Assembly (NCBI GenBank): GCA_947631005.1
Contig: CANRJR010000009.1
Location: forward strand, 1,308-65,307
DNA: 64,000 nt
From: an uncultured Clostridia bacterium
GTDB taxonomy: Bacteria > Bacillota > Clostridia > Christensenellales > Borkfalkiaceae
Direction: 5' to 3'
The translations under genes were made by a program, and so were the position numbers. Shown here piece after piece: positions 30,101 to 40,065 of the stretch; within the stretch, counting starts at the first letter, position 1, and each line of letters starts with the position of its first letter. The notes under the pieces are model-generated. The model saw nothing but the letters and a program-made list of their open reading frames with translations, did no database searches and was not told the origin of the DNA.

Positions 30101-30850
30101 ATGAAGAGGGTGTTGATATTGGAAAGCAACGATGGGTTCGCGCGGGAGCTCGCCGACCTATTTACCAAGGAGGGCTACGACGTATGCGGCGTGACGGGGG
30201 ACGGTCAGGAGGGATTGAAACTGTTGGAGAAGTGCGCGCCCAACGTCGTTGTCATGAGCCTTCTCCTCAAAAATTCGGACGGCTTCACCGTCATGGAGGA
30301 GGCGCGCGCCCGCGGGCGCAAGGCGGATTTCGTCGTGCTCGGAAATTTTTCGGACGACAAGATCATCAACCGCACCATTGCGCTCGGCGCGCGGTACTAT
30401 CTGATGAAGCCTGTCCCCGCGGAGATCGTGGAGGAGCGGGTCGCCGAACTCTCGCAGGAGACGTTCGGGCAGAGCGAGACGTTCGAACGCCGCCGCGCGG
30501 GTTCGCTCGACGAGCGGATCAGCAACATCTTCATCTCCATCGGCATCCCGCCGCACATCAAGGGATACAACTATCTGCGCGAGGGCATAAAAATGGCGGT
30601 CAACGACCCCCATATCATCAATAACGTGACGAAAGGGCTGTATCCCATCATCGGGGAGCGGTTTCAAACGTCGGCGAGCAAGGTGGAGCGCGCCATCCGC
30701 CATGCCATCGAAGTGGCGTGGAACCGCGGCAGGGTGGACGCCGTAAACGCCATTTTCGGCGCGCGCGTCTACATCGGAACGGAGAAGCCGACGAACAGCG
30801 AGTTCATCGCCCTCGTCGCCGATAAACTCATCCTCGAAAGTATGGTCTGA
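30101..30850 (+). CDS. spo0A: Stage 0 sporulation protein A (response regulator, Spo0A_C DNA-binding domain)
   Basis: Receiver domain followed by IGIPPHIKGYNYLREGIKMAV....TKGLYPIIGERFQTSASKVERAIRHAIEVAWNRG, the Spo0A-specific C-terminal signature. Confidence 0.95.
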   Translation: MKRVLILESNDGFARELADLFTKEGYDVCGVTGDGQEGLKLLEKCAPNVVVMSLLLKNSDGFTVMEEARARGRKADFVVLGNFSDDKIINRTIALGARYYLMKPVPAEIVEERVAELSQETFGQSETFERRRAGSLDERISNIFISIGIPPHIKGYNYLREGIKMAVNDPHIINNVTKGLYPIIGERFQTSASKVERAIRHAIEVAWNRGRVDAVNAIFGARVYIGTEKPTNSEFIALVADKLILESMV

Positions 30851-30866
30851 CAAGACCGAAGCCGAA

Positions 30867-30894
30867 AAAGACGCCCCAGCGGGCGTCTTTTTTA
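30867..30894 (+). terminator. Rho-independent terminator of spo0A
   Basis: aaagacgccc-cagc-gggcgtcttt plus a T-run. Confidence 0.8.
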
Positions 30895-30912
30895 CGATTT
30901 CTTGAAATGGTC

Positions 30913-30941
30913 TTGCCAAAATGTTCATCTTGTTGTATAAT
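30913..30941 (+). promoter_or_regulatory. SigA-type promoter (TTGCCA-N17-TATAAT)
   Basis: Exact spacing, 50 nt upstream of the 30991 start. Confidence 0.5.
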
Positions 30942-30990
30942 AGCGGGAGAATGCGGGAGAGCCGCAAATTGATAACGGGGGTTACATAAG

Positions 30991-31911
30991 ATGATACTTC
31001 TTGCCTCAACGGGCGGAACGCTCGTCGCGGTCTGCGTGGCGGCGGGCATCGCAGGCGTATTGCTCCTCGGCGCGCTGGTCGGCATGGCGGTCGGCATGGT
31101 TCAGGGACGTAAAAACGCGTCCGAGACCGTTCCGCAACCCATCGAACAAGCCGAAGAGCCCGAACAGACGGCGCAAACCATGCAGAGCGAAGAGCCCGAA
31201 CAAGCCGAAACCGCGCAAACGGTACAAAACGAACGGGCGCAACAGCTTGAAACGGCGCGAGGCGGCGGGGAAGAGCCCGTGCGGGAGGAAGCGGCATTTA
31301 CGGAGGCGCGAGCGGAGAGCGATCCGAGCGATCCCGCGGGCGAGGTGATCGCCGTATCCGGGATGAGCCCCGCCCTGCGCGCGGCACTCGGCGTAGAGGG
31401 CGCGGCGTACGACGGCAAGTGGTACTCGGTCAAATATTCTTACGGGTTCAACGCGCGCATCGCGCTCTCCAAAGAGGAGGTGCGCGAGTTCTATGCCGAA
31501 ATCGTAAACGAGATCGCCGCCTATCCCAAGATGAAGTGCGCGGAGAGCTGGCGGCAACAGCGCATTTACACGGGCAGGAAGAAGCTCGGGGTCATTTTGT
31601 TCAAGGGAAAAAAGCTTTGCCTCGCGCTCGCGCTCGATCCCATGAAGTACGCCGAGACCAAATACCGCGGAAAGGACGTATCCTCCATGCGGCGGTTTGC
31701 CGAAACGCCCATGCTCTTCGGGGTCGGCACGGCGCGCAAGCTCAAATATGCGAAATATCTCATCGGCGAGCTGGCGCGGGAGAATGGGCTCGACCGCGGC
31801 GCAGACGTAAAGCGGCACATCGACGTGCCCCAAAAGACGCGCGACGAACTGCTCGCCGAAAAACAGATCAAGGCGATCGGGCGGGAAGTCCCCGCGCCGC
31901 GTGAAAATTAA
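30991..31911 (+). CDS. Membrane-anchored protein, E/Q/A-rich linker plus conserved domain of unknown function (paralog of 54539-55795)
   Basis: N-terminal TM segment LVAVCVAAGIAGVLLLGALVGMAVGM. Repeats EEPEQTAQT/EEPEQAETAQT. C-terminal block YSYGFNARI...GKKLCLALALDPMKYAETKYRGKDVS aligns with the second copy. Confidence 0.7.
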   Translation: MILLASTGGTLVAVCVAAGIAGVLLLGALVGMAVGMVQGRKNASETVPQPIEQAEEPEQTAQTMQSEEPEQAETAQTVQNERAQQLETARGGGEEPVREEAAFTEARAESDPSDPAGEVIAVSGMSPALRAALGVEGAAYDGKWYSVKYSYGFNARIALSKEEVREFYAEIVNEIAAYPKMKCAESWRQQRIYTGRKKLGVILFKGKKLCLALALDPMKYAETKYRGKDVSSMRRFAETPMLFGVGTARKLKYAKYLIGELARENGLDRGADVKRHIDVPQKTRDELLAEKQIKAIGREVPAPREN

Positions 31912-32001
31912 CTGCGTTTTTTGCAAAATTGCGCCGTATGTTCACCGTTTGGACACAGGCGCGCAGTACAATTTCGAGCGAAAATAATTTGAGGTGGCAC
32001 T

Positions 32002-33438
32002 ATGAAACGCGCAATGTGCTTTTTGATAAGCGTATGCCTTTCGGTCTGCATGCTGTTCGCGTGCGCGGGGTGCGATTTGTTCTCTTCCCCGTCCGACGGC
32101 GAAAGCGAGGCGATGAAGATGTACCATGAAGCGGTCGCCGATGGCTATGCGGGCAGTTATCTCGACTTCCTCGACGACTACGCCGCATGGACGGGCGAGG
32201 GGGACGGCGATCCCGACGGTTCGGACGGTACGGGCGACGATCCCTCGGACGGTACGGGCGACGACCCCTCGGACGGTGAAAGCGGTTCGGAGGACATTTC
32301 GAACGATCCCGCGGGCTCGGGCAACGGCAACCTTTCGGAGGGGAACGCGGGAGAGGGCGCGGGGCAGCCGTCCGCTTCGGGCGTCGCGAGCGTAGCCGCG
32401 CTCTCCGTCGTGAGCATCCAGAGTTCTTTCCGCACGCGGTACGGCGTACAAGTTTCGTCGGGCGCGGGCGTCTTATACACCCTCGACAGGGCGACGGGGG
32501 ACGCGTATATCGTCACCAATTATCACGTCGTGTACTCGTCTACGAGCGTCGGCACGGAGACGGTGGCGCATGTGAGCGACAACATCACGGTTTGGCTGTA
32601 CGGCGGCGAGGACGACGGCGGGGCGATCGCGGCAACTTTCGTGGGCGGCGCGATCGACTACGACGTTGCGGTGCTCTCCGTAAAGGGCGAGCAGACGGTC
32701 TCCGTAAAATCGGGCACGCACACCAACAAGAGCGTGTTCGATGCGTCCGCCGCGCGCGCCATCGAGCGGGGGGACTCGGAGTCGGTGGCAGTCGGCGACC
32801 CCGTGTACGCCATCGGGAACGCCAACGGCGACGGGATCTCGGTGAGCGCGGGCGTCTTGTCGGTGGCGGCGGAGTATATCGAAGGGGAGTCGGTCACGGG
32901 AAGAGGGACGGCGACCTATCTCGTCATGCGTATCGACGCGGCGGTCAACCACGGAAATTCGGGCGGCGGCTTGTTCGACGCGCAGGGGAAATTTATCGGT
33001 ACGGTGAATGCGCGCAGTGAGGAAAGCGGCGTGGTCGGGGTCGGCTATGCCATTCCCGCCGCGCTCGTGTACGCCCTTGCGGACAACGCCATTGCGGCGG
33101 GGACGGGCGGCGTGCTCCGCGCCGATCTCGGCTTTACGCCCGTCGTCTCCTATTCGCACAGCGTTTACGACAAAACGACGGGCAAGACGAAGTTTGTCGA
33201 GCCCGTGGCGGCGTCGAACGTCGGCGGTCCTGCGGCGGGACGGTTGCAGTCGGGCGACGTCTTGTTGTCGTACACGCGCAACGGAAAAACGTGCGCCATC
33301 GAGCGGGGATATCTGCTCACGTTCCTGCGGTTTTCGGTGCGCTCGGGCGACGCCGTGGAGTACGAGGTTTTACGCGACGGGCATACCGTGTCCGTAACCG
33401 TGAACTATACCGACGCGGATTTTACCGAGATCTCTTGA
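32002..33438 (+). CDS. HtrA/DegP-like trypsin-fold serine protease lipoprotein with PDZ domain
   Basis: Lipobox LFACAGC|D. D/G/S-rich linker (GTGDDPSD x2). TNYHVV (His), DVAVL (Asp) and NHGNSGGGLF (Ser) catalytic blocks. C-terminal PDZ-like GPAAGRLQSGDVLL. Confidence 0.85.
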   Translation: MKRAMCFLISVCLSVCMLFACAGCDLFSSPSDGESEAMKMYHEAVADGYAGSYLDFLDDYAAWTGEGDGDPDGSDGTGDDPSDGTGDDPSDGESGSEDISNDPAGSGNGNLSEGNAGEGAGQPSASGVASVAALSVVSIQSSFRTRYGVQVSSGAGVLYTLDRATGDAYIVTNYHVVYSSTSVGTETVAHVSDNITVWLYGGEDDGGAIAATFVGGAIDYDVAVLSVKGEQTVSVKSGTHTNKSVFDASAARAIERGDSESVAVGDPVYAIGNANGDGISVSAGVLSVAAEYIEGESVTGRGTATYLVMRIDAAVNHGNSGGGLFDAQGKFIGTVNARSEESGVVGVGYAIPAALVYALADNAIAAGTGGVLRADLGFTPVVSYSHSVYDKTTGKTKFVEPVAASNVGGPAAGRLQSGDVLLSYTRNGKTCAIERGYLLTFLRFSVRSGDAVEYEVLRDGHTVSVTVNYTDADFTEIS

Positions 33439-33463
33439 TTTCGGAAACTTACTTCATACCAAG

Positions 33464-33488
33464 AAAAACCCGCTTCGGCGGGTTTTTT
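33464..33488 (+). terminator. Rho-independent terminator
   Basis: aaaaacccgc-ttcg-gcgggtttttt. Confidence 0.8.
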
Positions 33489-33630
33489 ATCGTATGGAAA
33501 ACCGCCGCCAAGGCGCGGCGGGGGAGCGAAACGGATGCCGCGAAAGAGCGTTTTTTCGGTTGGGCGGCGCGCCGTGCGCGGGCGCGCGCGAAAAAAGCAA
33601 AAATCCCCTAAAAAATCTCCGTCAGAATCG

Positions 33631-33659
33631 TTGAAAAATTCCGAAAGAAATGTTATACT
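33631..33659 (+). promoter_or_regulatory. SigA-type promoter (TTGAAA-N17-TATACT) of ftsK
   Basis: Exact 17-nt spacing, 58 nt upstream of the TTG start. Confidence 0.5.
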
Positions 33660-33716
33660 GTAAGATGAAATGATATCGGATTGCGGTCGGTGCGATCGGC
33701 ATAGGGAGGTCGGAAG

Positions 33717-36700
33717 TTGAACGGTTTCGGTCGGGGAGAGGACAAGGAAAAAAAGAAAGAAAGGTCCATTCTCACAAAAGAAACGATAGGAATGACGCTG
33801 TTGCTCTTCGGCGGCATCTCTTTGCTTATTGCCGTAACGGGCTCGTATCTCTTCGGGGATATCGGGCGCGCCATTACGTCCTTTTTCGTGGGCACGTTCG
33901 GATTCCTCGTATATCCGCTGCTCGTGTTGCTCATCTATACCGCCGTCGCGCTCACGTTCGGCAAAAATTTCGTGCCGCGCACATGGCTCGTCCGCTTCGG
34001 ATTTTTAACGCTTGCCGTGTTCCTCATCGTACATACGGCTACGTCGGCGCGCTTCGACGGCTCGTACGGCGCGTATCTCTCGGCTTGCTACACCGCGGCG
34101 GGGGAGAGCGTGAAAAACGGTACGGGCGGCGGGGTACTGTTCGGCTTGATCGTCTATCCCGTGCGCCACTTGCTCTCGTCGGCGGGCGCGTACATTCTCT
34201 TTTCCTGCCTCACCGCGCTCGCGCTCTATTTCGTGCTGCTCTTAACGCCGCTCGCCCGCTTTCTCAAACCGGGCTACCGCGCGCGCAAGACCGCAGAAGA
34301 GCCCAAAGCCGTCTCGTTCGACGATCTTCCCGCGCGCGCCGCTTCCGAACCGCCCGCGCCCGAAACGGCAGAGCCGTACGAGCCGTCGCCTTCCGCACCA
34401 CCCGCGCCCGAGCCTTACGACCCGCATAAGCGCAGCCGCGAGATCTTGTTCGGCGGCAATTCCGCGGAAAATTACCGAAACAATCTCATCTACGATGAGG
34501 AGTCCCAATTCAACAAAATGCGCCGCCGGAGGAACGCCGCCGCGCAGGAGGCGGCTTCGGAGCACGACCGCACGGGGGAGAGCGCAGATCCCTATTCGCC
34601 CTATCCCGCGCCCCCGAGCTATACCGATCTGACGCCCAAGCCCGAGCCGCCCAAGCCCGCGCCGTCCATTCCCGCGAGCTACAACGAGCGGTTTTCGTCG
34701 CAGGCGGAGGGGGAGCGTCCCGCCATGCCCCGCCGCGTAACGCCCGTCGAGCGCATCGACAGGGAGGAGGACTTCAACTATCCCGAGCCCTCCTACCGCG
34801 CGCCTTCCGAGCCGCCCGCGCCCACGCCTGCGCCCGCGCCGCGCCCGCCGTTTGAAGAGAAGCGGGAAGAGCCGCGCAATCCGTTCGCAGACCGCACCCC
34901 GTTTGAAGAGAAGCGGGAAGAGCCGCGCAATCCGTTCACAGAGCGTACCCCGTTTGAAGAGAAACGGGAAGAGCCGCGCAACCCGTTTGCAGACCGCACC
35001 CCGCTTGAAGAGAAACGGGAAGAGCCGCGCAATCCGTTTGCAGACCGTGCCCCGTTTGAGGAGAAGCGCGAAGAGCCGCGCAACCCGTTCGCAGACCGCA
35101 CCCCGTTTGAGGAAAAACGGGAAGAGCCGCGCAACCCGTTTGCCCGCGGCGAAGAGGATCGGACCGAAGAGGACGGCGAGGGTCGGCGCGTCGGGCGCGA
35201 AGCGGACGAGGACGATTTCAGCCCGTTCTCGGACAGCCGTTCCCGCAGCCGCGTGCCGTATGAGGAGGACCGCGACCCGTTCGCCCGCACCGAGGGTCGC
35301 CGCGACGGGAGCGAGGACGTCGAAGCGGAAGAGGACGTGAACGACGGGACGGCGGAAACGGACGAGAGCGATTTCAGCCCGTTCTCAGAGCGTCGCTCGC
35401 GCGGGGGACGTGCGAGCGCGCGGAGTGCCGCCGATTTTCTCGACGACGACGCGCCGCTTCCCATGGCAGTTCCCGAGGAGCTCACCCGCGGGGAGCGCGG
35501 CTTGCGCAAGACGGAGAAGTCCGCGCCCGAAGAGCCCGAAGAGTACGTTCCCGCGCCCTATGTCCGTCCCGGTCTCGATCTGTTCGACGTGTACAACGAA
35601 ACCCCTGCCACCACGCAGGATGAGTTGATCCGCAATTCGAGGATCATCGTCGACACGCTGTTGGAGTTCCGCATCGACACCGAAGTGACGAAAACCGTCG
35701 TCGGCGCGTCGGTCACGCGGTACGATCTCGACATCTCCAAGGGGACGTCGATCAAGCAGGTCTCGGCGCACGTCGACGAGATCGCCATGCACCTGCACGC
35801 GGGCGGCGAGGTCAACGCATACACCAACTACGAGGAGGGCGTCGTTTCGCTCGAAGTGCCCAACACCGTGCGTTCGCCTGTCGGAATGCGTTCCCTGCTC
35901 GAAGCACCCGAATACGTCAACGCCAAGCCGGGGACGCTCATGTTCGTCATCGGCAGAACGGTCGACGGCAAGAGCGTATGCGGCGACGTGGTAGACATGA
36001 CGCACCTGCTCATCGCGGGGCAGTCGGGCTCGGGCAAGTCGGTCTGCCTCAACACCATGCTCATCAGTCTCATCTGCCGCTATTCGCCTGAAGAGCTGCG
36101 GCTCATTCTCATCGACCCCAAGCGCGTGGAGTTTGCGGTATTCGACCACTTGCCCCACCTCATGATCAACGAGATCATCGCAGACACCCAGCGCGTCATT
36201 GCCGCGCTGAATTGGGCGATCGCCGAAATGGAACGCCGCTATGTGCTGTTCGAGGAAAAGACGCGCAGCGGCGTCAACGTCCATAAGCTCGAAGAATACA
36301 ATGCCGCGCTCGGGGAGTCCGAAAAGAAACTTCCCAAGATCGTCATCGTCGTCGACGAGCTCGCCGACCTCATGGCGACGGCGCAGAAAGATATCGAAGC
36401 CCGCATCCAGCGGCTGGCGGCGAAGGCGCGCGCGGCGGGCATCCACCTCGTCCTCGCGACCCAGCGTCCCTCGGTCGACGTGATCACGGGCGTCATCAAG
36501 AACAACCTGCCCACCCGTATCGCCTTCCGTGTCCCCTCGGACGCCGACTCACGCACCATTCTCGGCGTGGGCGACGCATGCCGCCTGCTCGGCAACGGTG
36601 ATATGCTCATCTCGACGGGCAGGGTAAAACAGCTTCGCGTGCAGGGGGCGTACGTCTCCTCCGTCGAAGTGCAGAACGTTGTGAATTTCATCAAGGAAAA

Positions 36701-37022
36701 CAACAAGGCATATTTCGACAAATCGGTCGCAGACTATCTCGATAAGGGCGAAAAGAACGCGGTCTCGGGCGACGACGATGACGACGACGGAAAGGTGGAC
36801 GCCGAGTATATCCGCGCCCTCGACGTCGTGATCCAAAGCAATTCCGCCTCTTTCTCGCTCATCCAGCGCAAGTGTTCGGTCGGGTACGCCCGCGCGGGCA
36901 AGATCATCGACTGGATGGAGCGGAAAGGCTACATTTCCGCGTTCGACGGCAAAGCCAAACCGCGCGAAGTGCTCATCACCCGCGAAGAGTTCGAAGCACT
37001 CTACGGAGACGATTTCAAATGA
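33717..37022 (+). CDS. ftsK: DNA translocase FtsK/SpoIIIE with a very long Pro/Glu/Arg-rich repetitive linker
   Basis: TTG start with RBS agggaggt. 4-5 N-terminal TM segments. Motor domain with LLIAGQSGSGKS (Walker A), IVIVVDELADL (Walker B) and ATQRPSVDVITG. C-terminal gamma winged-helix SFSLIQRKCSVGYARAGKIIDWME. Confidence 0.93.
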   Translation: MNGFGRGEDKEKKKERSILTKETIGMTLLLFGGISLLIAVTGSYLFGDIGRAITSFFVGTFGFLVYPLLVLLIYTAVALTFGKNFVPRTWLVRFGFLTLAVFLIVHTATSARFDGSYGAYLSACYTAAGESVKNGTGGGVLFGLIVYPVRHLLSSAGAYILFSCLTALALYFVLLLTPLARFLKPGYRARKTAEEPKAVSFDDLPARAASEPPAPETAEPYEPSPSAPPAPEPYDPHKRSREILFGGNSAENYRNNLIYDEESQFNKMRRRRNAAAQEAASEHDRTGESADPYSPYPAPPSYTDLTPKPEPPKPAPSIPASYNERFSSQAEGERPAMPRRVTPVERIDREEDFNYPEPSYRAPSEPPAPTPAPAPRPPFEEKREEPRNPFADRTPFEEKREEPRNPFTERTPFEEKREEPRNPFADRTPLEEKREEPRNPFADRAPFEEKREEPRNPFADRTPFEEKREEPRNPFARGEEDRTEEDGEGRRVGREADEDDFSPFSDSRSRSRVPYEEDRDPFARTEGRRDGSEDVEAEEDVNDGTAETDESDFSPFSERRSRGGRASARSAADFLDDDAPLPMAVPEELTRGERGLRKTEKSAPEEPEEYVPAPYVRPGLDLFDVYNETPATTQDELIRNSRIIVDTLLEFRIDTEVTKTVVGASVTRYDLDISKGTSIKQVSAHVDEIAMHLHAGGEVNAYTNYEEGVVSLEVPNTVRSPVGMRSLLEAPEYVNAKPGTLMFVIGRTVDGKSVCGDVVDMTHLLIAGQSGSGKSVCLNTMLISLICRYSPEELRLILIDPKRVEFAVFDHLPHLMINEIIADTQRVIAALNWAIAEMERRYVLFEEKTRSGVNVHKLEEYNAALGESEKKLPKIVIVVDELADLMATAQKDIEARIQRLAAKARAAGIHLVLATQRPSVDVITGVIKNNLPTRIAFRVPSDADSRTILGVGDACRLLGNGDMLISTGRVKQLRVQGAYVSSVEVQNVVNFIKENNKAYFDKSVADYLDKGEKNAVSGDDDDDDGKVDAEYIRALDVVIQSNSASFSLIQRKCSVGYARAGKIIDWMERKGYISAFDGKAKPREVLITREEFEALYGDDFK
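34848..35142 (+). repeat. 51-bp tandem repeat x6 inside the ftsK linker (PFEEKREEPRNPFADRT units)
   Basis: Six consecutive EEKREEPRNPF units read in frame. The DNA copies differ by a few synonymous or conservative changes. Confidence 0.9.
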
Positions 37023-38341
37023 AAAAGACGTTCGGTATGATCTCGCTCGGATGCGACAAAAACCGCGTCGACGGCGAGCGGCTTCTCGGCGAGATCGTCC
37101 GCCACGGATGTACGATCACCAACGACCTCGAAAAAGCCGAAGTGCTCATCGTGAACACCTGCGCCTTTCTCAACGCCGCCCGCGAGGAATCCATCGAGGC
37201 GGTGCTCGAGGGGAACAGATACCGCACGGGCAAGCTCGAAAAGATCGTCGTTACGGGCTGTCTGCCCGAAAAGTTCATCGGCGAGCTCTATCCCGCGCTC
37301 ACCGAGGGGGACGTGTTCCTCGGCGTGAAAGACGCGTCCGAGCTCTTTCCCGCCCTCGAACGTTCCTACCGCGAGGGACGGGTAAACGCCGTCGGCACGG
37401 GTAAAGACGAGCGCGGGGAGCGGTACGTTTCGAGCATGCCCCACCTCAAATACCTCAAAATCGCGGACGGCTGTTTCAACCGTTGCACCTACTGCCTCAT
37501 TCCCAAGATCCGCGGGAAGTACGTCTCCTATCCGCAGGAAGAGCTGATTGCGGAGGCGCGGTCGCTCGGGGAGACGGAGGAGCTCGTACTCGTCGCGCAA
37601 GACACCACCCGCTACGGCGAGGATCGGGGGGCGAACGCCTTTGTGCCCCTCCTCAAATCGCTCGCCGCGCTCGATAACATCAAGTCGATGCGCCTGCTGT
37701 ATTGCTATCCCGAGGTCGTGAGCGACGAACTTCTTGAATATATCGCCAGCGAACCCAAGATCGTTCGCTATCTCGATATCCCCCTGCAACACAGCGAAGA
37801 TCGTATTCTGCGGCGCATGGGGCGGCGGGGGACGCGGCAGGAATATCTGTCGCTCATCGCGCACATCCGCAGCGTTCTGCCCGACGTTGCCATCCGTTCC
37901 ACCTTTATCAGCGGCTTTCCCTCCGAAACGGAGGAGGAGCACCGCGCGCTCATTTCCTTTTTGGAGGAGGCGCGCTTGGATAACTGCGGCTTTTTCGCCT
38001 ATTCGCGCGAACCCGAAACGCCCGCTTACGGCTTCGAAAACCAGATCCACCCGCAGACCAAACGCCGCCGCGTGCGAGAACTGTATCGGGCGCAGGAAGC
38101 GATCTCCGCCCGAAAACTGCTTACATACGTCGGAAAGACCGTGGAAGTTTTGTGCGACGGGATCTCATCGGACGGGTTTGTTGGACGGACCTACTTTCAG
38201 GCTTATGAGATCGACGGAGCGGTGTATTTTACCGCTTCGCATGCGCGCGAGGGGGCGCGCTACCGCGTTCTGATCGAGCGCGCCGACGCTTACGATCTAT
38301 ACGGCGTTGCCGTGGAGGAAACCAATGAATCTGCCGAATAA
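37019..38341 (+). CDS. rimO: Ribosomal protein S12 methylthiotransferase RimO (radical SAM, TRAM domain)
   Basis: MKKTFGMISLGCDKNRVDGERLLGE...LIVNTCAF N-terminal UPF0004 block. CFNRCTYCLIP radical-SAM cluster. The ATG overlaps the ftsK stop (ATGA). The track ORF start at 36872 lies inside ftsK. Confidence 0.88.
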   Translation: MKKTFGMISLGCDKNRVDGERLLGEIVRHGCTITNDLEKAEVLIVNTCAFLNAAREESIEAVLEGNRYRTGKLEKIVVTGCLPEKFIGELYPALTEGDVFLGVKDASELFPALERSYREGRVNAVGTGKDERGERYVSSMPHLKYLKIADGCFNRCTYCLIPKIRGKYVSYPQEELIAEARSLGETEELVLVAQDTTRYGEDRGANAFVPLLKSLAALDNIKSMRLLYCYPEVVSDELLEYIASEPKIVRYLDIPLQHSEDRILRRMGRRGTRQEYLSLIAHIRSVLPDVAIRSTFISGFPSETEEEHRALISFLEEARLDNCGFFAYSREPETPAYGFENQIHPQTKRRRVRELYRAQEAISARKLLTYVGKTVEVLCDGISSDGFVGRTYFQAYEIDGAVYFTASHAREGARYRVLIERADAYDLYGVAVEETNESAE

Positions 38342-38975
38342 AATCACGTTGACACGCATCTGCATGATCCCCGTGTTCATCCTCTTTTTCTTTCTCGACG
38401 TCGTTCCCTGCAACGAACTCATCGCCGCAGTCGTGTTCGTCGTCGCCGCGAGTACCGACGCGCTCGACGGGCACATCGCCCGTTCCCGCCATCTCGTGAC
38501 CGATCTCGGGAAATTTCTCGACCCCATTGCAGATAAAGTGCTCGTCTCCACCGCGCTCATCTGCATGCTCACAAAGCCGATCTTCTCGGTCGCGCCGTTC
38601 GGCTGGGCGGGACTTGCGATTGCCGCCGTCTGCGTCTCCGTCATTTTGGCGCGCGAGCTCATCGTGAGCGGCTTCCGCATGATCGCCGCGGGCAAACATC
38701 TGGTGCTCGCTGCCGACAAGCTCGGCAAGATCAAAACGACCTTTCAAGACGCCGCCATCGCGCTTTTGCTCGCTGCCGCGCCCTTCCTCGACCAAACGGC
38801 TGGCAGGATCGTCTGCTATGTCGGGCTGGTCTGCTTTGTGCTTTGCACCTTGCTCACGGTCGTTTCGGGCATGAACTACATTCTCAAAAACAAACAAGTC
38901 CTCCGCGCCGAAGTTCCCGCGCCCGCGGGATCTATCGCATCCGAGGGAGACGAGGGGAACGGGGAGACCAAGTGA
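38325..38975 (+). CDS. pgsA: CDP-diacylglycerol--glycerol-3-phosphate 3-phosphatidyltransferase
   Basis: NKITLTRI...STDALDGHIARSRHLVTDLGKFLDPIADK is the CDP-alcohol phosphatidyltransferase motif. RBS ggagga. Confidence 0.9.
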   Translation: MNLPNKITLTRICMIPVFILFFFLDVVPCNELIAAVVFVVAASTDALDGHIARSRHLVTDLGKFLDPIADKVLVSTALICMLTKPIFSVAPFGWAGLAIAAVCVSVILARELIVSGFRMIAAGKHLVLAADKLGKIKTTFQDAAIALLLAAAPFLDQTAGRIVCYVGLVCFVLCTLLTVVSGMNYILKNKQVLRAEVPAPAGSIASEGDEGNGETK

Positions 38976-40039
38976 GTTACGCCGTCCTCATCCTCTTCAA
39001 TCAAAAAAATCCGCTGTCGCTCGTAGACTATCAAGCGGTGACGGACGCGTTTTTGCAGGGCGGCGTCTTTTTGGACGAGATCGACCTCTTACCCTACGAC
39101 GCGCCGTCGCGCGTCGTCGCCGCGCTCGGCAGGTGCGCGCTCGATTGCGAAGGCGTGTTCCTCGTCTGCGATCCCGTGTTATTATCCTCGGGAAAGGCGG
39201 CGGTCGAGGCGGCGACGGGGGAGAAGTTCGCCGAAGAATATCTCCTCCAAGCGGATCGGCTGTACGGCGTTCTGCCGACGGGGGAGGCAGGCGCAAAGCT
39301 CGTGCCCGCCGTTGTCCAAAGGATCGACGCCGCGAGGAAGCAATCCTACCGCCGCGTCGTGCTCTGCGCCGTGTGCGCCCCGCACGATAAACTGTTCGCC
39401 GCGCTCGGGCGGGCGAACGAAGCGGGGGGCGGCACGCTCAACACGCATGTCACCGAGCGATTCGGCGTCCAGCGGATCGAGATCATCTACGACGCGACTA
39501 CGCCCAAAATGCGCGTGGACGAAGCGGTGCGCATTCTCGCGACCGAACTGTTCGAATTCCTCTACGCCACCGAGGACGAAACGCCCGCCGAGCGGCTCTT
39601 CGAAACGCTCAAACTGCGGCGGCTGCGTCTTTCGACCGCCGAGTCGTTCACGGGCGGCGGCGTGGGACGGGCGATCGTGCAGATCGCGGGCGCGAGCGCG
39701 GTGTTCTACGAGGGTGTGAACGCCTACAACGAGGAGGCGAAAACCGAGCGGCTGGGCGTGGAAGCGTCGCTGTTGCGAAACAAGGGCGCGGTCTCGGACG
39801 ACGTCGCCTATCAAATGGCGGCGGGCTTGTTAAAGACGGGGCATTGCGACGTCGCGGTTTCGACGACGGGGTACGCGAGCCCGCTTCCCGACGGCACGCC
39901 CGCGGGGCTGTGCTATATCGCCGTCGGCACGCGCGCCGAAGTGAAAGTGTACCGCTATCGGTTGACGGGGGACCGGGAGAATATTACGGAGACCGCCGTA
40001 AATCTCGCCCTCTTCCTCGCCTACCATGCGGCGAAATAA
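38972..40039 (+). CDS. cinA: CinA-family protein (C-terminal PncC-type nicotinamide-nucleotide amidase domain, divergent N-terminal half)
   Basis: [44 protein letters not shown]...AVSTTGYA block. GTG start overlapping the pgsA stop (GTGA). Sits between pgsA and recA as in Bacillus. Confidence 0.75.
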   Translation: MSYAVLILFNQKNPLSLVDYQAVTDAFLQGGVFLDEIDLLPYDAPSRVVAALGRCALDCEGVFLVCDPVLLSSGKAAVEAATGEKFAEEYLLQADRLYGVLPTGEAGAKLVPAVVQRIDAARKQSYRRVVLCAVCAPHDKLFAALGRANEAGGGTLNTHVTERFGVQRIEIIYDATTPKMRVDEAVRILATELFEFLYATEDETPAERLFETLKLRRLRLSTAESFTGGGVGRAIVQIAGASAVFYEGVNAYNEEAKTERLGVEASLLRNKGAVSDDVAYQMAAGLLKTGHCDVAVSTTGYASPLPDGTPAGLCYIAVGTRAEVKVYRYRLTGDRENITETAVNLALFLAYHAAK

Positions 40040-40065
40040 ACGAGAAACGAATCAAGGAGAACGAT

